64,000 nt of DNA, taken from contig NC_057736.1 of assembly GCF_004010195.1 (NCBI RefSeq), positions 17,991,535 to 18,055,534 on the forward strand. Reading direction: 5' to 3'. The stretch's first letter is position 1; every line of letters starts with the position of its first letter. The notes under the pieces are model-generated. The model was not told the DNA's origin and ran no database searches. It was given only the letters and a program-made list of their open reading frames with translations. Shown one piece after another: positions 1 to 13,022 of the stretch. The DNA comes from Chiloscyllium plagiosum (Eukaryota). Position numbers and translations under genes: made by a program.

Positions 1-824
1 TTCCGACTCAATACACAATCTCCCACTACTGTCCTTGATCGGTCCTACCCTCGTTCTCGTCATTCTCATGTTTCTCACATACGCATAAAATTCCTTTGGG
101 TTATCCTTGATCCTATCCGCCAGAGATTTTTCATGCCCTCTCTTGGCTCTCCTAATCCCTTTCTTCAGGTTCCTTCTGGCTATCCTGTATCCCTCCACTG
201 CTCTGTCTGAACCCTGTTTCCTCAACCTTATTTAAGCCTCCTTCTTCCTCTTTACAAGACATGCAACCTCCTTCGTCAACCAAGGTTCCCTCACACGACC
301 ATTTCTTTCCTGCCTGACAGGTACATACATATCAAGGACATGTCGTATCTGTTCCTTGAAAAAGTTCCACATTTCCACGACATCCTTCCCTGACAGCCTA
401 TGCTCCCAAATTATGCTCCTCAGATCCTGTCTTTCAGCATCGTATTTACCCTTTCCCCAATTGTAAAACCTACCCTGTTGCATGCACCTATCTCTCTCCA
501 TAACCAAGGTGAAAGTCACAGAATTGTGGTCACCATCACCAAAATGTTCACCCACTAACAAGCCCATCACTTGTCCCGGTTCGTTACCAAGTACCAAATC
601 CAATATGGCCTCCCCTCTGGTCGGGCAATCTACATACTGAGTTAGAAAAGCTTCCTGTACACACTGCACAAACACCGCCCCATCCAATCTACTTGATCTA
701 AAGAGCTTCCAATCAATGTTTGGGAAGTTGAAATCACCCATGACTACTACCCTGTGGCTTCTGCACCTTTCCAAAATCTGTTTCCCAATCTGTTTCTCCA
801 CATCTCTGCTGCTATTGGGGGGCA
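1..824 (-). mobile_element. CR1-type LINE fragment, ORF2 APE-endonuclease region
   Basis: ORF 232..825 contains VVVMGDFNFPNIDW, ILDLVL, GDHN and the downstream PWLT motif typical of CR1/L2 ORF2; the element continues off the left edge. Confidence 0.9.
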
Positions 825-1465
825 TTCATTGGCATATATTGGCTCAGATTAAACGTCACATGGATTCTAATTTTCTCATCCTTGTTTTCATATCTTTATG
901 TGGCCTCAATCTTTCCTATCTTTGTAATCCTACTCAACCCTCAGCCCTTTGAGATTTCTGCTCCCTGCCAATTCCAGCCCAACTTAGAAACACATTGCTC
1001 AACTGTTGGTGATGTTGCCTTGAGCTACTGAGGCCTTAAACTCTGTAGTTCCCCACCAAAACTCCTCTGCCTCTCTATCTGTTACTTTATCTTTAAGATG
1101 CTTCAAAAAACCTACTTCTTTGACCAACAATATGGCCATTTGCTGTGACATACTTTTTTTGAGGATGAAACAATTGTGTTTGAAACTGTTCTTGTTTAGC
1201 ACCTTGGAAGAGTTTACAATGTTGAAGGCACTACATAAATGCATGTTGATGTTGTTGGGCAGTGAATTGAAAAGGGAGATTCGAGAAGAGCCCATCATAT
1301 TCTTGATAACACTATTATTATTCCACAATGAGTAATGTTTAGTTAAACTGGAAATATTGAAGATAAAAACACTGGGTGGTAAGGGGGATGCCAACCTGTA
1401 ATCACTTGCTTTGTGCCACCACATAGAAACAAGATTTACTGGCAATGATTCATGAGAATATTCAT

Positions 1466-1766
1466 AGAATCCCTACAGTGTGGTAACAAGTCCACATTGA
1501 CCCTCTGAAGACCCATTCACCTACTATTCTTCATTTCCCCTAACTAATGCACCTAGCTTACATATCCCTGAACACTGTGGACAATTTCACATGGTCAATT
1601 CACCTGACCTGCACATCTTTGGATTGTGGGAGGAAACCAGAGCACCCAGAGGAAACCCACACAGACACCAAGGAGAATGTGCAAACTCCACACAGTCACC
1701 CAAGGTTGGAATTGAACCCAGGACCCTGGTGCTGTGAGGCAGCAGTACTGAGCCACTGTGCCACCC
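1466..1766 (-). mobile_element. tRNA-derived SINE (HE1/V-SINE-like)
   Basis: Reverse complement starts GGGTGGCACAGTGGCTCAGTACTGCTGCCTCACAGCACCAGGGTCCTGGGTTCAATTCC (A/B-box head); homologous to the copy at 59839-60138. Confidence 0.85.
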
Positions 1767-1810
1767 TAAATATTGCTGAAATTAGAGTTTGTATTTAGTA
1801 ATTTTCTAAC

Positions 1811-2605
1811 CTGCCATGGTAAGGCACCTTCCTTCTTGCAGTTTCCTGAATCACATTGAAGTAATTGATGTAGACCATGGGCTGCAGCATACACAGCAGA
1901 GTACACATTAAACTCAATGCGCCACTCTGAATACTCCAATAGTGATTTGACACCATCAGTCTTGCATGGGACGCATTGGTTGTAGGTGGCCATGAAGGTA
2001 TTATCTGTGCAGTCTCGCCTTTCCTCCTGTGGATCAGTGTAGTTCATGCTTTGATTGATACTAGAATTTAAAGTAATGATATCCCTTAATACAAATTCAT
2101 TGTATCCTGGCATGTGGCCCTGCATTACAGCAATCCCTAAGATAGTGCCAATTCTCTTAATGTTGGGAATTTCTGAAAGTCTTCTCTTGATAGATATAGC
2201 TTCACTTAAAATCCAGACTTTTCCAGTGATGTTCATAGCCACCACCACCTGGAAGAAATGTTCTGCATCCTGGACGTCAGCGAACATGACGACAACATTG
2301 ACATTATTGGCAGTGATGGTGTCAATAATGTTGATGATTTCCTGCTTTGACTCTGATTCATGCTGTGGGATTGTGCCATAAGATGCCACACAGATTCCCA
2401 CTGCAGTGGCACTCGAGATAACTTTGCGTTTTCCAGTCTCCCCATAGTCACTGCTGCTTCCAATCACTGTGATCCAATTCCACCGAAACTTCTGGATCAA
2501 TAGAACAATTGCTTCAATCTGATTCTCATCATTTGGGATGGTTCGCATAAAATTTGGATATTCTGTCTTGTCACTCAGTTCCTCGCTGGAGGCTCCATAG
2601 CTAAT
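1811..2605 (-). CDS. TAS1R: Taste receptor type 1 (TAS1R) exon 3, Venus-flytrap domain
   Basis: tgcag|ATT acceptor and CAG|GTTAGA donor; 795 nt, phase 0-0. ISYGASSEELSDKTEYPNFMRTIPND...WNWITVIGSSSDYG...VYSAVYAAAHGLHQLLQC...LPWQ matches TAS1R exon 3, including the PWQ end. Confidence 0.93.
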
Positions 2606-3134
2606 CTGCAATGGAAAGATGCAATCAGTCATTTTATTTCTAATTCACCATCCAATACTTCCAACACAAATATGTTGGTGATTTGCATTAAGTCTGTTTA
2701 ACTCATCAACTCTGAGCTCACTGGCTTCCAATCCAGCAATGCCTTGATTTTAAAACTACCATTTTTGTTTTCAAATCCTTTACTCTCTCTTTCTGTCTCT
2801 GTTATCTCTTCCAGTTGACCACCACCAGGGCAAATGGCAATGGAAATAAACGCTGGCTTAGTTAGAAATGCCAATGTCCTGCAAATGCATATTTTTTTTT
2901 AAAAGCCCTAACAATCACCCTTCAGGTCATTCTGTGACCCTCCAATTCTGACCACTTGTGTATTGTCTATTTCCTTCACAATACTGTTGCCTTCAGCTGT
3001 CTTAGCCCCAAACTCTTTGATTTCCTCCCCAAACCCCTCAGTTTATTTCTCTTTCCCCTTCACAATGCTCATTACAAATTACCTCCTGACTTTGTACTTT
3101 GTTGTGTGATCCAATATCTCCTGATGTTTTTTTA

Positions 3135-3478
3135 AAAAATTCATTGACTGGATGAGGGTGTCATTGGCTGGGCCAACATTTATTGTCCACCCTTAATTGC
3201 CCAGAGCGCAGTTAAGAGTCAACCACATCTCTGTGGGTCTGAAATCACATGTAGACCAGACCAATTTCATTCCCTGAAGGACATTAGTGTTCCAGATGGG
3301 TTTTTTCCTGACATTCAACAATGGATTCATTGTCATCATTAGACTCTTAATTTCTGACTTTTAAAAAAAAATTCATAATTGACCAAGGTAGGAATTGAAC
3401 CCAGATCCCAGGAGCATTACCTGGATCTTTGGATTAATAGTCCAGGGATAATATATGAGGCCATTGCCTCCCCTGTGA
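3135..3478 (-). repeat. Interspersed SINE-like repeat
   Basis: Shares ggatgagggt...cattta/ttgcccatccctaattgccc...gtctggagtcac with copies at about 39330-39670 and 54165-54440. Confidence 0.6.
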
Positions 3479-3634
3479 TGTGCCTCAGTTTGAAAATGCT
3501 CCTCTGAAGTGCCTATATACTTGGCATATTAAAGGCATTATATAAACGTATGTTGGTGTTGTGCTTATTGAAAGGTAAGGGAATCTGAGAGATCCAAAAA
3601 AATCCAAGAAAACAAACAATTGGTGTAACTTTAC

Positions 3635-3932
3635 CTGAGGAACATCGAACAACCTGACAATGTTGGCTGTGATGATAGCAGCATCTGATTTTAATGGACC
3701 AATCAGGACTGAGGCTAAAGATTGGTATCTGCGATCAAACTGGTCTGTTTTCACCACATGTTCTGGAGGCCTTGACACAAAAGCAAATGATCCCTGGATA
3801 TCGATGGTAATTGCACAATCATCAAATATCTCATACCCCAGACTGACGTTTGGCAGAAGAGAGCTCGAGTTGTTTATCTCCTCGACTGCGAACCTCATGG
3901 TTTCAAACAGTATATACCCATTATCGGAAAAC
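3635..3932 (-). CDS. TAS1R: TAS1R exon 2
   Basis: ttcattag|G acceptor (phase 2, completes ATG with exon 1) and CAG|GTAAAG donor; FSDNGYILFETMRFAVEEINNSSSLLPNVSLGYEIFDDC...LIGP...PQ is the class C GPCR/TAS1R signature. Confidence 0.93.
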
Positions 3933-4064
3933 CTAATGAAATATTTTAAAAAGGAATGTTATTTCCAAACATCATACTGGTTTGTCAGTGCTGGAAGTAT
4001 TAATAAAGAAGACAAATCTGGTTGACACACTCAACTACTACCAAGAATTTCATTGTAGAGAATG

Positions 4065-5080
4065 TAAGGATTAGGTGATTTAGATGAGGGAACTCAATGC
4101 AACATCTCAAAATTTGCAGGTGACACAAAGCTGGGTGTAAGATTAGATTAGATTACTTAACAGTGTGGAAACAGGCCCTTCGGCCAAACAAGTCCACACC
4201 AACCCTCTGAAGAGCATCCCACCCATACCCATTCCCCTACATTTATCCCTTCACCTAACACTACGGGCAATTTAGCATGGCCAATTCACCTAACCTGCAC
4301 CTAACCTAACCTAACCTAAGCTGTGAGGCAGACGTGGAGATGTTGCAGCATTATTTGGACAGGCTCAGTGTGTGGGCAAATGCCCGGCAGATGCTGTATA
4401 ATGTGGATAAATATGAGGTTATCCATTTTGGTCGCAAAAATAGGAAGGCAGATTATTCTTGAAAGGCCGAGAGGGGGGAATGTTTAACGAGACCTGGGTG
4501 TCCTCTTGCACCAGTCAGTGAAAGTAAGTGTGCAGGTGCAGCAGGCAGTAAAGAAGGCAAACAACATGTTGGCCTTCATAGCAAAATGATTCAAGCTCAG
4601 GAGCAAGGAAATTTTGCTGCAACTGATGAGGCCACATGTGGGATATTGTGTGCTGTTTTGCTCTACTTATCTGAAAGGATGTTCTTGTTTTGGAGGGAGT
4701 GCAGTGATGGTTTACCAAGTTGATTCCTGTGATGGCAGGATCGACGTATGAGGAGACATTGAATTGCTCAGAATTGTATTCACTCGCATTTAGAAGAATA
4801 AGGGGAGATCTCATAGAAACCTATAAATTCTTACAGGTTAGATGAGGAAGGAGTGGATGAGTCCAGAAACAAGATCCTTGTTTAAGGATAAGGGTAAAAC
4901 CTTTAGCACTGAGATGAAAAATTTCTTCAGCCAGAGAATGGTGAGCCTGTGAAATTCACTACTACAGAAGCATTACGTGTTTTCAAGAAGGAGATAATTA
5001 TAACTTCTGTGACTAAAAATATAATTGGAGAAGATGGGATTAGAGTATTGAGCTCAAAGATCAGCCATAATCATAATGAA
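4065..5080 (+). mobile_element. Degenerate CR1 LINE 3' part, interrupted by a partial SINE (4140-4320, minus)
   Basis: KFAGDTKL-like RT motif at about 4110 and CR1 3' sequence; the SINE tail gattagattagattac and a (ctaac)n run lie inside. Confidence 0.75.
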
Positions 5081-5908
5081 AGTTGGAGGGTGTGATGGCT
5101 TGTGCTTGATGGTTAACCTGATATCAATTGTTCAGTGTTGGAGAATTCTTATCTTAAATGGAGAAAGGTTGAGATAATAGGGAAGGACAGCAACAAAACT
5201 GTAAATTGTTAAAATGGTAAACCAACAGAATAGAAATGTTGTTAGAATTAGACTGTGAGGAGATTCTACAAGTTGAAAGTTTAAAAAATACATTTATATA
5301 AAACCTTTTTATCACAACAGATATCACAAAGTACACTGAACTACTTAAGTACATTTGGAATGTGGTCACTGTTGTAAGAAACATTTGTTCACAGTAAGCT
5401 CCCACATTAAGTGTTATAATGACCAGATCACCTGTTTAATTTAGTTAAAAAAGGGAGGAGGTGTCTCCTCACATTGTATCCATAGGAGTAGCATTTAACA
5501 GCCAAGTAAGTACTTTTGCAATGTAGTCTTACGAGAATATGACAGCCAGTTCTTACAAACAGATAAATGAATAAAAGATGCAACAGATACATTCAGAGAG
5601 GTATTGAAAGCTTTAGACAATCATTTCAACCTCAGAATTAATACAACTATATAAAGGGTTATTTAACTGAAGAATTCAGCATCCAAGGGAATTCATAGAT
5701 GACTTCAGTAATAATCTCTACAGACTATTGGAGAGTGTGCCAAAAATGACTTAAAGCCAGAATTCATAAGTTATAGGCATTACTGATGAGCCTTTGTCAG
5801 ATTTATTACAGTCCATAGAAGACCAAATTCTAAGTAGAGTTGTCCAATCTTTCTACATGGGAGACCACGTTTCAAGTTTTCTCTCAAATTTCAAAAAACT
5901 GATTTTAT

Positions 5909-6003
5909 ATTCCTGATGAAGGGCTTATGCCTGAAACGTTGATTCTCCTGCTCCTCGGATGCTGCCTGACCTGCTGTGCTTTTCCAGCACAACACTCTCG
6001 ATT
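5909..6003 (+). mobile_element. Penelope-like element terminal fragment with hammerhead ribozyme motif
   Basis: CTGATGA-a-gggc-ttat-gcct-GAAAC-gtt at 5913-5940; homologous to the Penelope ends at 32161 and 49195. Confidence 0.75.
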
Positions 6004-6113
6004 TTGACACAACAGCAATTTTAATAAAATAACATTAAAAAGTGCCAAACAGCAGAGCCAAATAGTATTTCTTTTTAGTCATATTGGTTATGAAATGGAG
6101 CTACAGAAATTGA

Positions 6114-7262
6114 AGGCAATTGACAAGGTTCCCCATGGGAGACTGGTTAGCAAGGTTAGATCTCATGGAATACAGGGAGAACTAGTCATTTGGATACAGA
6201 ACTGGCTCAAAAGTAGAAGACAGAGGGTGGTGGTGGAGGGTTGTTTTTCAGACTGGAGGCCTGTGACCAGTAGAGTGCCACAAGGATCGGTGCTGGGTCC
6301 ACTACTTTTCATCATTTATATAAATGATTTGGATGTGATCATAAGAGATATAGTCAGTAAGAGTGCAGATGACACCAAAATTGGAGATGTAGTGGACAGC
6401 GAAGAAGGTTACCTCAGATTACAATGGGATCTTGATCAGATGGGCCAATGGGCTGAGAAGTGGCAAATGGAGTTTAATTCAGATAAATGTGAGGTGCTGC
6501 ATTTTGGGAAAGCAAATCTTAGCAGGACTTATACACTTAATGGTAAGGTCCTAGGTAGTGTTGCTGAATAAAGAGACCTTGGAATGCAGGTTCATAGCTC
6601 CTTGAAAGTGGAGTCGCAGGTAGATAGGATAGTGAAGAAGGCATTTGGTATGCTTTCCTTTATTGGTCAGAGTATTGAGTACAGGAGTTGGGAGGTCATG
6701 ATGCGGCTGTACAGGACATTGGTTAGTCTACTGTTGGAATATTGCATGCAAATCTGGTCTCCTTCCTATCGGAAAGATGTGAAACTTGAAAGGGTTCAGA
6801 AAAGATTTACAAGGATGTTTCAGGTTTGGAAGATTTGAGTTTATAGGGAGATGCTGAACAGGCTGGGGCTGTTTTCCCTGGAGCGTCAGAAGCTGAGGGG
6901 TGACCTGAAAGAGGTTTATAAAATCATGAGGGGCATGGATAAGATAAATTGACAATGTCTTTTCCCAGGGGTGGGGGCATAGGTTTAGGATGAGCCAGGA
7001 AAGATATAAAAGAAACCTAAAGGGCAACCTTTTCACACAGAAGGTGGTAAGTGTATGGAATGAGCTGCCAGAGGAAGTGGTAGAGTCTGGTAAAATTGCA
7101 ACATTTAAGAGGCATCTGGATGGGTATATGAATAGGAAGGGTTTGGAGGGATATGGGCCAGGTGCTGGCAGGTGGGACTAGATTGGGTTGGGATATCTGG
7201 TCGGCATGGACGGGTTGGATCAAAGAGTCTGTTTCCATGCTGTACATCTCTATGACTCTATG
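6114..7262 (+). mobile_element. CR1 LINE, 5'-truncated (RT C-terminal half and 3' UTR)
   Basis: AIDKVPHGRL, VPQGSVLGPLLFIIYINDL, ADDTK and WNELPEEVV motifs; (tctatgac)n tail. Confidence 0.93.
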
Positions 7263-8444
7263 ATTAACTCTCAAATCCTAATCACCAGGGAATGCAATAC
7301 AAATTGGAGCCAAGACAAGTTGGGCTCAACTCATACAGGCCTTGCATAACTTTTGGTGGTATAAACTCTTAGCTAATCTTGGTGGAATTTGTACATTTGT
7401 GGGAGTCAGAAGTGGGTAATTTCTCAGTCTGAGTTTCCAATTCTCCCAGCATGGGTTGGGTTTTGTAGAGTAAGAGGAGGGAATTAGTGGGTGTGTGTCA
7501 ACTTTATGCAGTCTCAGGGTTCATGCTCACTCTTGCTGTTCACACACAAACACACTCAGTCCCATCAATGCACACATACACACTCACTCTCTCCCACCTC
7601 CCTGTCATGCATGCAGATTCACTCCCTCCCTCCCACACACACATTCTCTTTCTCCATGTGCACAGTCCTCAGCCACCCACACAGTTTATCTCCGAACATA
7701 AACTGATAATGGTATATATTATACAATTATCATTTTGGGAATTTGGATGTTAAAGATGAGTTGGTTTCAGTTCTGTGAAGGATTTTGTTGTTAAGAGCTC
7801 AGAAAGTCATTGGGAACAGTGAAGTACCTACATAATATTGAAGAGAGCAGCTAGCTTCAGTCAGATGACTAGCAGGATTCCTGGTGTGTTAATGGATGAA
7901 GTATTTACAAAGTGGAACTTGTACGACACAGAGAAAGGAGCCATTAGTGACTTGAGTCCATTGTAGAAGAACAGTTTCATCCCAGCACAGCTTGATAGTT
8001 GTGTAGAAATCTCCAGACTATGAGAGATTAGTTAGTGAAATTTCTGAGCTGTGAGAGCTGTGTGGAAATTTTCAAGCTGTCAGAACCAAAAAGCGATTTA
8101 GGTCATTAGAACGGGAAAACATCGATCAGGTAAGGAATTAAAGAGTTGAGATGGAAGTGACACTTCACTGGAATCAATGATTCATAAAGGCTATAGCTCA
8201 GTAAAAAGGTTGAAACTTTGTTTTACTGTTTAATATCAAAATCTTTCTGAACTGTCTTATTTGGATAGCTATGCCTGTTTTTGTTATTGTTTTATTTTGT
8301 GTAATGAACTTGTGTTATTTTGTCGAAGAACATTGACAGTCTTATGTGAATGTGCTTGGTAAGTAACCCATAGGGTAACCTATTGCAAACATTAAACTGA
8401 TGATCTATCAAGCCAATATTCATTCTGGGATCTGACATTTTTCA

Positions 8445-9055
8445 TATTTCCATCAGCAAGATTATAGCAACAAACTCTTCCTCCCTCGCGCACACTGTCT
8501 TCCTTGCACATATGTACATTATCCCACTTTCCCCTCACCCCTTACACACAGACCTTCCTCTGTTCTATGTAATCATAAACAAATACACACACATTGTGTG
8601 GGCTTGGAAAGGGTTAGGGTTAGGATTTGCGTTAGGGTTACATTTAGGATTACATTTGCGTTAGGTTACATTTGCGCTAGGGTTAGGTTTTGGGTTAGAA
8701 TTAGGGTTCTGGTTAAGTTTTGGGTTGGGGTTAGGGTATGATTACGGTTGGGGTCAGGTTTGGGTTGACTGCAGTTCTTAGAGGGACCAGATTTGTATGC
8801 AAAGGACAAATTTTCATCTGATCATAACACAGCACAGTGACTATCTAAAATGAGAAATCACTCTCACATATTCAATACAGAGGTAACTAGAAAGGGACAA
8901 TTTCAAATGGAACATGTTTGTTTATGATTATGTAGAACGGAGGAAGGTCTGTGCGTAAGGGGTGATGGGAAAGTAGGATAAAGAACAAATGTGCAAGGAA
9001 GACTGTGTGTGTGAAGGACGAAGAATTTGTTGTTATAATCTTGCTGATGGAAATA
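8445..9055. repeat. Inverted repeat (arms about 8445-8583 and 8917-9055) enclosing a telomere-like tract
   Basis: The reverse complement of 8917-9055 aligns with 8445-8583 (e.g. tatttccatcagcaagattata, gtcttccttgcaca, cagaccttcctc, taatcataaacaaa). Confidence 0.9.
8611..8767 (+). repeat. Degenerate (TTAGGG)n interstitial telomere-like repeat
   Basis: gggttagggttagg...gttagggtta...ctagggttaggttttgggttagaattagggtt...ggggttaggg. Confidence 0.8.
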
Positions 9056-9714
9056 ACAGATATGAGATCTAGCCAGAAGAACTCCTAATGTAACATCAGT
9101 TAGTAAACGAGTTAATTTAACCAATAATTCAATTACTGAGGGTGACCAAGTCCAAACTCATCAAAAAGTTGGAGTAAAACATCTACCTACGTCAGTTCAC
9201 ACATGGAGGTAGATTGAGGATAAATACCCATTGCCACATGAAGATTCAAGATGTGGAACATGTAACTCCGTGAAAGGCAGAACTAGTAATAGAGCAGCAA
9301 TGCCTAAAGATTCTAGATATGGCAAATGTAAATGTCTCTTGTCACCATTGTCTGTGAGAGAAATATGGCGTTAGAAGCCCTCCAGTTCAAAAGAGAAGCT
9401 CAGGTCTTCAGTAAATTAATTCAAAATATCTGCCTGAACTCAACAAACTAACAATCTTCCAAGTTTGATGTGAATACATTCGGGAAGAATAGCAAAACCT
9501 CTATTATCTTGTGAAGAGGTTTTTCCAGTTAGACCAAAGGGTGACTATTTTCATCCACATTGGACCACACAGACCCTATAAAAACAGAAAGTTGGAAGCT
9601 ATTGATAGCAGCAGATAAACCAGATCGTCTGCTCCTTACTGTCATAAGTGAAATTTCTCTGAGTGATAAATATTAATCAGAACAACACTTTTCAGCCTTC
9701 TGTGGTGGTAATTG

Positions 9715-11250
9715 AATAAGCACATCACCCTCTGAGTGAAGAAACATTTCCTCATCCCAGTCTGAATTAGACAATCACGTGTTCTGAGACTCTGACTGCT
9801 GGTTCTGGACTACCTGGCCAGGGAAAACATTACCCATGCACCCAGTCTGTCTGGCCCTGACAACATTTACCACATTAACTTCAATGTGATCTCCTCTCAT
9901 TCTTCTCAACATTAAGAAAGTGGTTCTTCAGGTTCTTGATTAGGAAGGAGATCAAGGGTTACGGGGAGAAGGCAGCAGAATGCGATTGAGAAACATATCA
10001 GCCATAATCGAATGGTGGAGCACTCTTTGGGCCAAATGATTTAATTCCACTCCTATATCCTATGGTCTTAAGGTTGTTAGTGAATACAGGCATAGCTGAC
10101 ACAGTCTCTCTTCATAAGACAAATCTGTGATCCTTGGAATCAATTAAGTGAATCTTTGCTGCACTCCTTCTATGGTAAATATATCTTTTTTTAGGTTTGG
10201 AGACTCAATCTGATTACAATACTCCAACTCTGCTCTCACCAAGACCCTGTATAATTGCAATAAGATTTCCTTGCTCCTATACTCAAACGCTCTTGCAATG
10301 AATTGCAACATTTAAGACGCATTTGGATGAGTATATGAATAGGAAGGGTTTGGAGGGATATGGGCCGGGTGTTGGCAGGTGGGATGGGTTGGACTGAAGG
10401 GTCTGTTTCCATGCTGTACATCTCTATGACTCTATGACTCTATTTGGCTTCCTTACTGCTTATTTTCAATGAGCAGTGTACAAGGCTAACTAGGTCCTTT
10501 GTACATCAACATTTCCTAATCTATCACTCTTTAAGTAATACTCTGCCATTTTATTTTTCTAACTAAAGTGGATAACACATTTATTCACACCATTTTGCAT
10601 CCACCACGTGTTTGTCCACTAACTCAATTTGCCTATAAAGCACAGAAGCCTCTTTTACAATCTTCACATCACTCACACTCCTATTTAGTTATGTGCTGTA
10701 GCAAACCTGAAAATATTATACACAATTCTTTCATCCAAATGACTGATATATACTGTGGCTAGCTAGGGCTGGAGGCCTGATCACTGTTTCATGCCCCCTT
10801 GCTTTCCAGTCTGAAAACAATCCATTTATTCCTATTCTCTGTCCTGTCTGCTAACCAATTCTTAATCCATGCCAAACATTAGCACCAATCTCCTATGTTT
10901 TGATTTTGTATGCCAACCTCTTATGCGGAACTTTATCAGAAGCTTCCTGAAAATCCGAATATGCCATATTCACTGGTTCTCCATCTATGCTACTAGTTAC
11001 ATCCTTAAAAAAACTCCAGCGGGTTTATCAAACACAATTTCCCTATCATAAATCCATGTTGATTTTATGTAATATAGTTGGCAAATATTAATTGTCATAT
11101 TATCAAACCTTTATTGTAGACTTCAGAATTATCCCAACTATTGATATTAGGTGAAGCAGTCTGTAATTCCCAAATTTCTGACTATCTCCTTTTTTATACA
11201 GTGGGATTACATTAATTACCTTTCAATGTACCTGGACTGTCTGACAATTG
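9715..11250 (-). mobile_element. Old degenerate CR1 LINE with younger LINE 3' ends nested (about 9925-10070 and 10293-10443, plus)
   Basis: Reverse-strand RT-like remnants (aactttatcagaagcttcctgaaaatcc = DFQEASDKV); plus-strand 3' tail (ctatgact)n at 10420-10443. Confidence 0.6.
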
Positions 11251-11389
11251 ACAAAATTTGTAAAGTGACATCAAATATATCTCCTATCTTCATGGCCATC
11301 TCACTTTTCTACTACTCATCTACAATCTTATATTTTTGTCACAATTTGAATTACTTTCATGTAGGTCAGCCAGCAAAACGTTTACTTAC

Positions 11390-11649
11390 ATCTTACACAT
11401 GGGAACCTCTGGCTTTGAGTGGTTCCTGTACGATTCAACATGAATCGGAAACAGTCCTCCAATAACGTAGTCCCCAGGCAGCTGAAGTTGCATCTGGCAA
11501 CATTCTGCATCATGTCCAATAGCGAAGACTTGTGCAGAAAAGCACCTCACAAGTAACACAAGGTAGAACATCATTAATGTTAAGAAACATGCTGCTAGTG
11601 TCAGCTGTTTCGATGCTCTGAACAATGGCACCAGGAATTTTGTATCCAT
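11390..11649 (-). CDS. TAS1R: TAS1R exon 1 (signal peptide and start of VFT)
   Basis: Hydrophobic leader followed by LPGDYVIGGLFPIH...PEVPMC; AAGAT|GTAAGT donor, phase 2, matches exon 2. Alternative starts at 11574 and 11571. Confidence 0.92.
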
Positions 11650-12843
11650 TCCAACATCAAACTAGTTTGGAAATACAAGTACACAAGATTATTTACCTAA
11701 GAGAATAGAATTTACATAAAATTAAAGTGAGGATGTTTGTGGTTTGCAATGCATAATTTTGAATGGGGATGATGTGACCAAACTTCCATCAAAACCCATA
11801 TTTCAACACTAGGAGTGAGGTTTGCCTTCTTCATGGAACCAAGCTAATTTATCCTGAAGTCCTTATACCTATGCTGCAGAACTTTGAAGCCTCTGTGTCC
11901 CACAAACTGGAAAAGATATATGTGTGTCCATCTCATTTTTGCTCCTCTTTTTATTTTGGTTTTTCTCAAACTCCTTCACTTCCCTTTCTCCCTGTTCAGT
12001 CTTCTTTCAGTCTCATTCCCTTTTGTATTTCATTTCTGTTTCGCTTATTCTCTTTTATTATTTCTGATTTCCTTGTTCTCAAGATGTAAATTATTATCCA
12101 TCTAGAGTTGCCCTGAAAAAGTTATATTGGGTCTTGTCTTTGATCATTGTAATCCAAATGGTGAAGGGAACTCAACCAGTGGCAGTGAAGGAACAGTAAT
12201 AGTTGTCCATGCCAAGATCATCGATCACTTGGAGTTAATGGTGTCCTCACAATATTGCTGGTCATGTCCTTTTCAATAACAACCTGTATTTCTATTGCAT
12301 CTTTAACATATCATAATATTCCAGGGTGCATCACGTGTGCATTACAATAAAAAATGGATACCACGTTTCTTAAGAGAATGTTAAGACAGGTGAACAAGAA
12401 CTTGGCCAAAGAGATAGATTGCAAGGAGCATTTTAAAGGAGGACAGGCAGAGAGATTTTAGAAGTGAATTCCACAATTTAAGGTTGAGGCTGTTGAAGGC
12501 ATGTTTGACAAAAGTGGAACAATTAAAATCAGGTTGTCCAAAAATTTAGAATTGAAGAGTGGACATCTTGGAGTGGTAGATGACAAGAGATAGGGGCAGT
12601 AATTGTGGGAGGATATTGGCAATGGTAAGATTTGTTGCAGTGTAACCTATCTGTTGGGAATCTGGGCTCAGTTGGCCAGCACAAGGATCAGAGTAACACC
12701 AACAGCACGCAGTTCAATCCTCATTCCAGCTGAAATAGATTTAGGGCCCGCCTCTGGCTGCTAACCACTATAGAAGATCACAGCACCTGTTGTGGTTCAG
12801 CAGACTTCTTTCTGGCAGAGCACTAGAGAATGAATATCCTGTA

Positions 12844-13022
12844 CAGGTCATTCTGCTCTAACACGCGTTTCGTGAACGATGAATTAGGGACACTGTTTCT
12901 GAAGTGCCAACTTTTAAAACATGTGTTGGCTGTAACGTGATTACATCGCCAACTCTTACTGCAGTTTCCGAAGTGCGGGCTTGCTCAAGAACGCAACCAT
13001 TGCGTTATAGAAGAACTACCAG
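12844..13022. mobile_element. Small Tc1/mariner/Tigger-like MITE
   Basis: Imperfect TIRs CAGGTCATTCTGCTCTAAC...GTTATAGAAGAACTACCAG flanked by TA on both sides. Confidence 0.55.

Noticed and set aside
999-1445. 148-aa minus ORF as candidate TAS1R exon 4
   Set aside because: Lacks the VNF...FD..GD...YD...W signature of exon 4; remaining exons are presumably outside the window.
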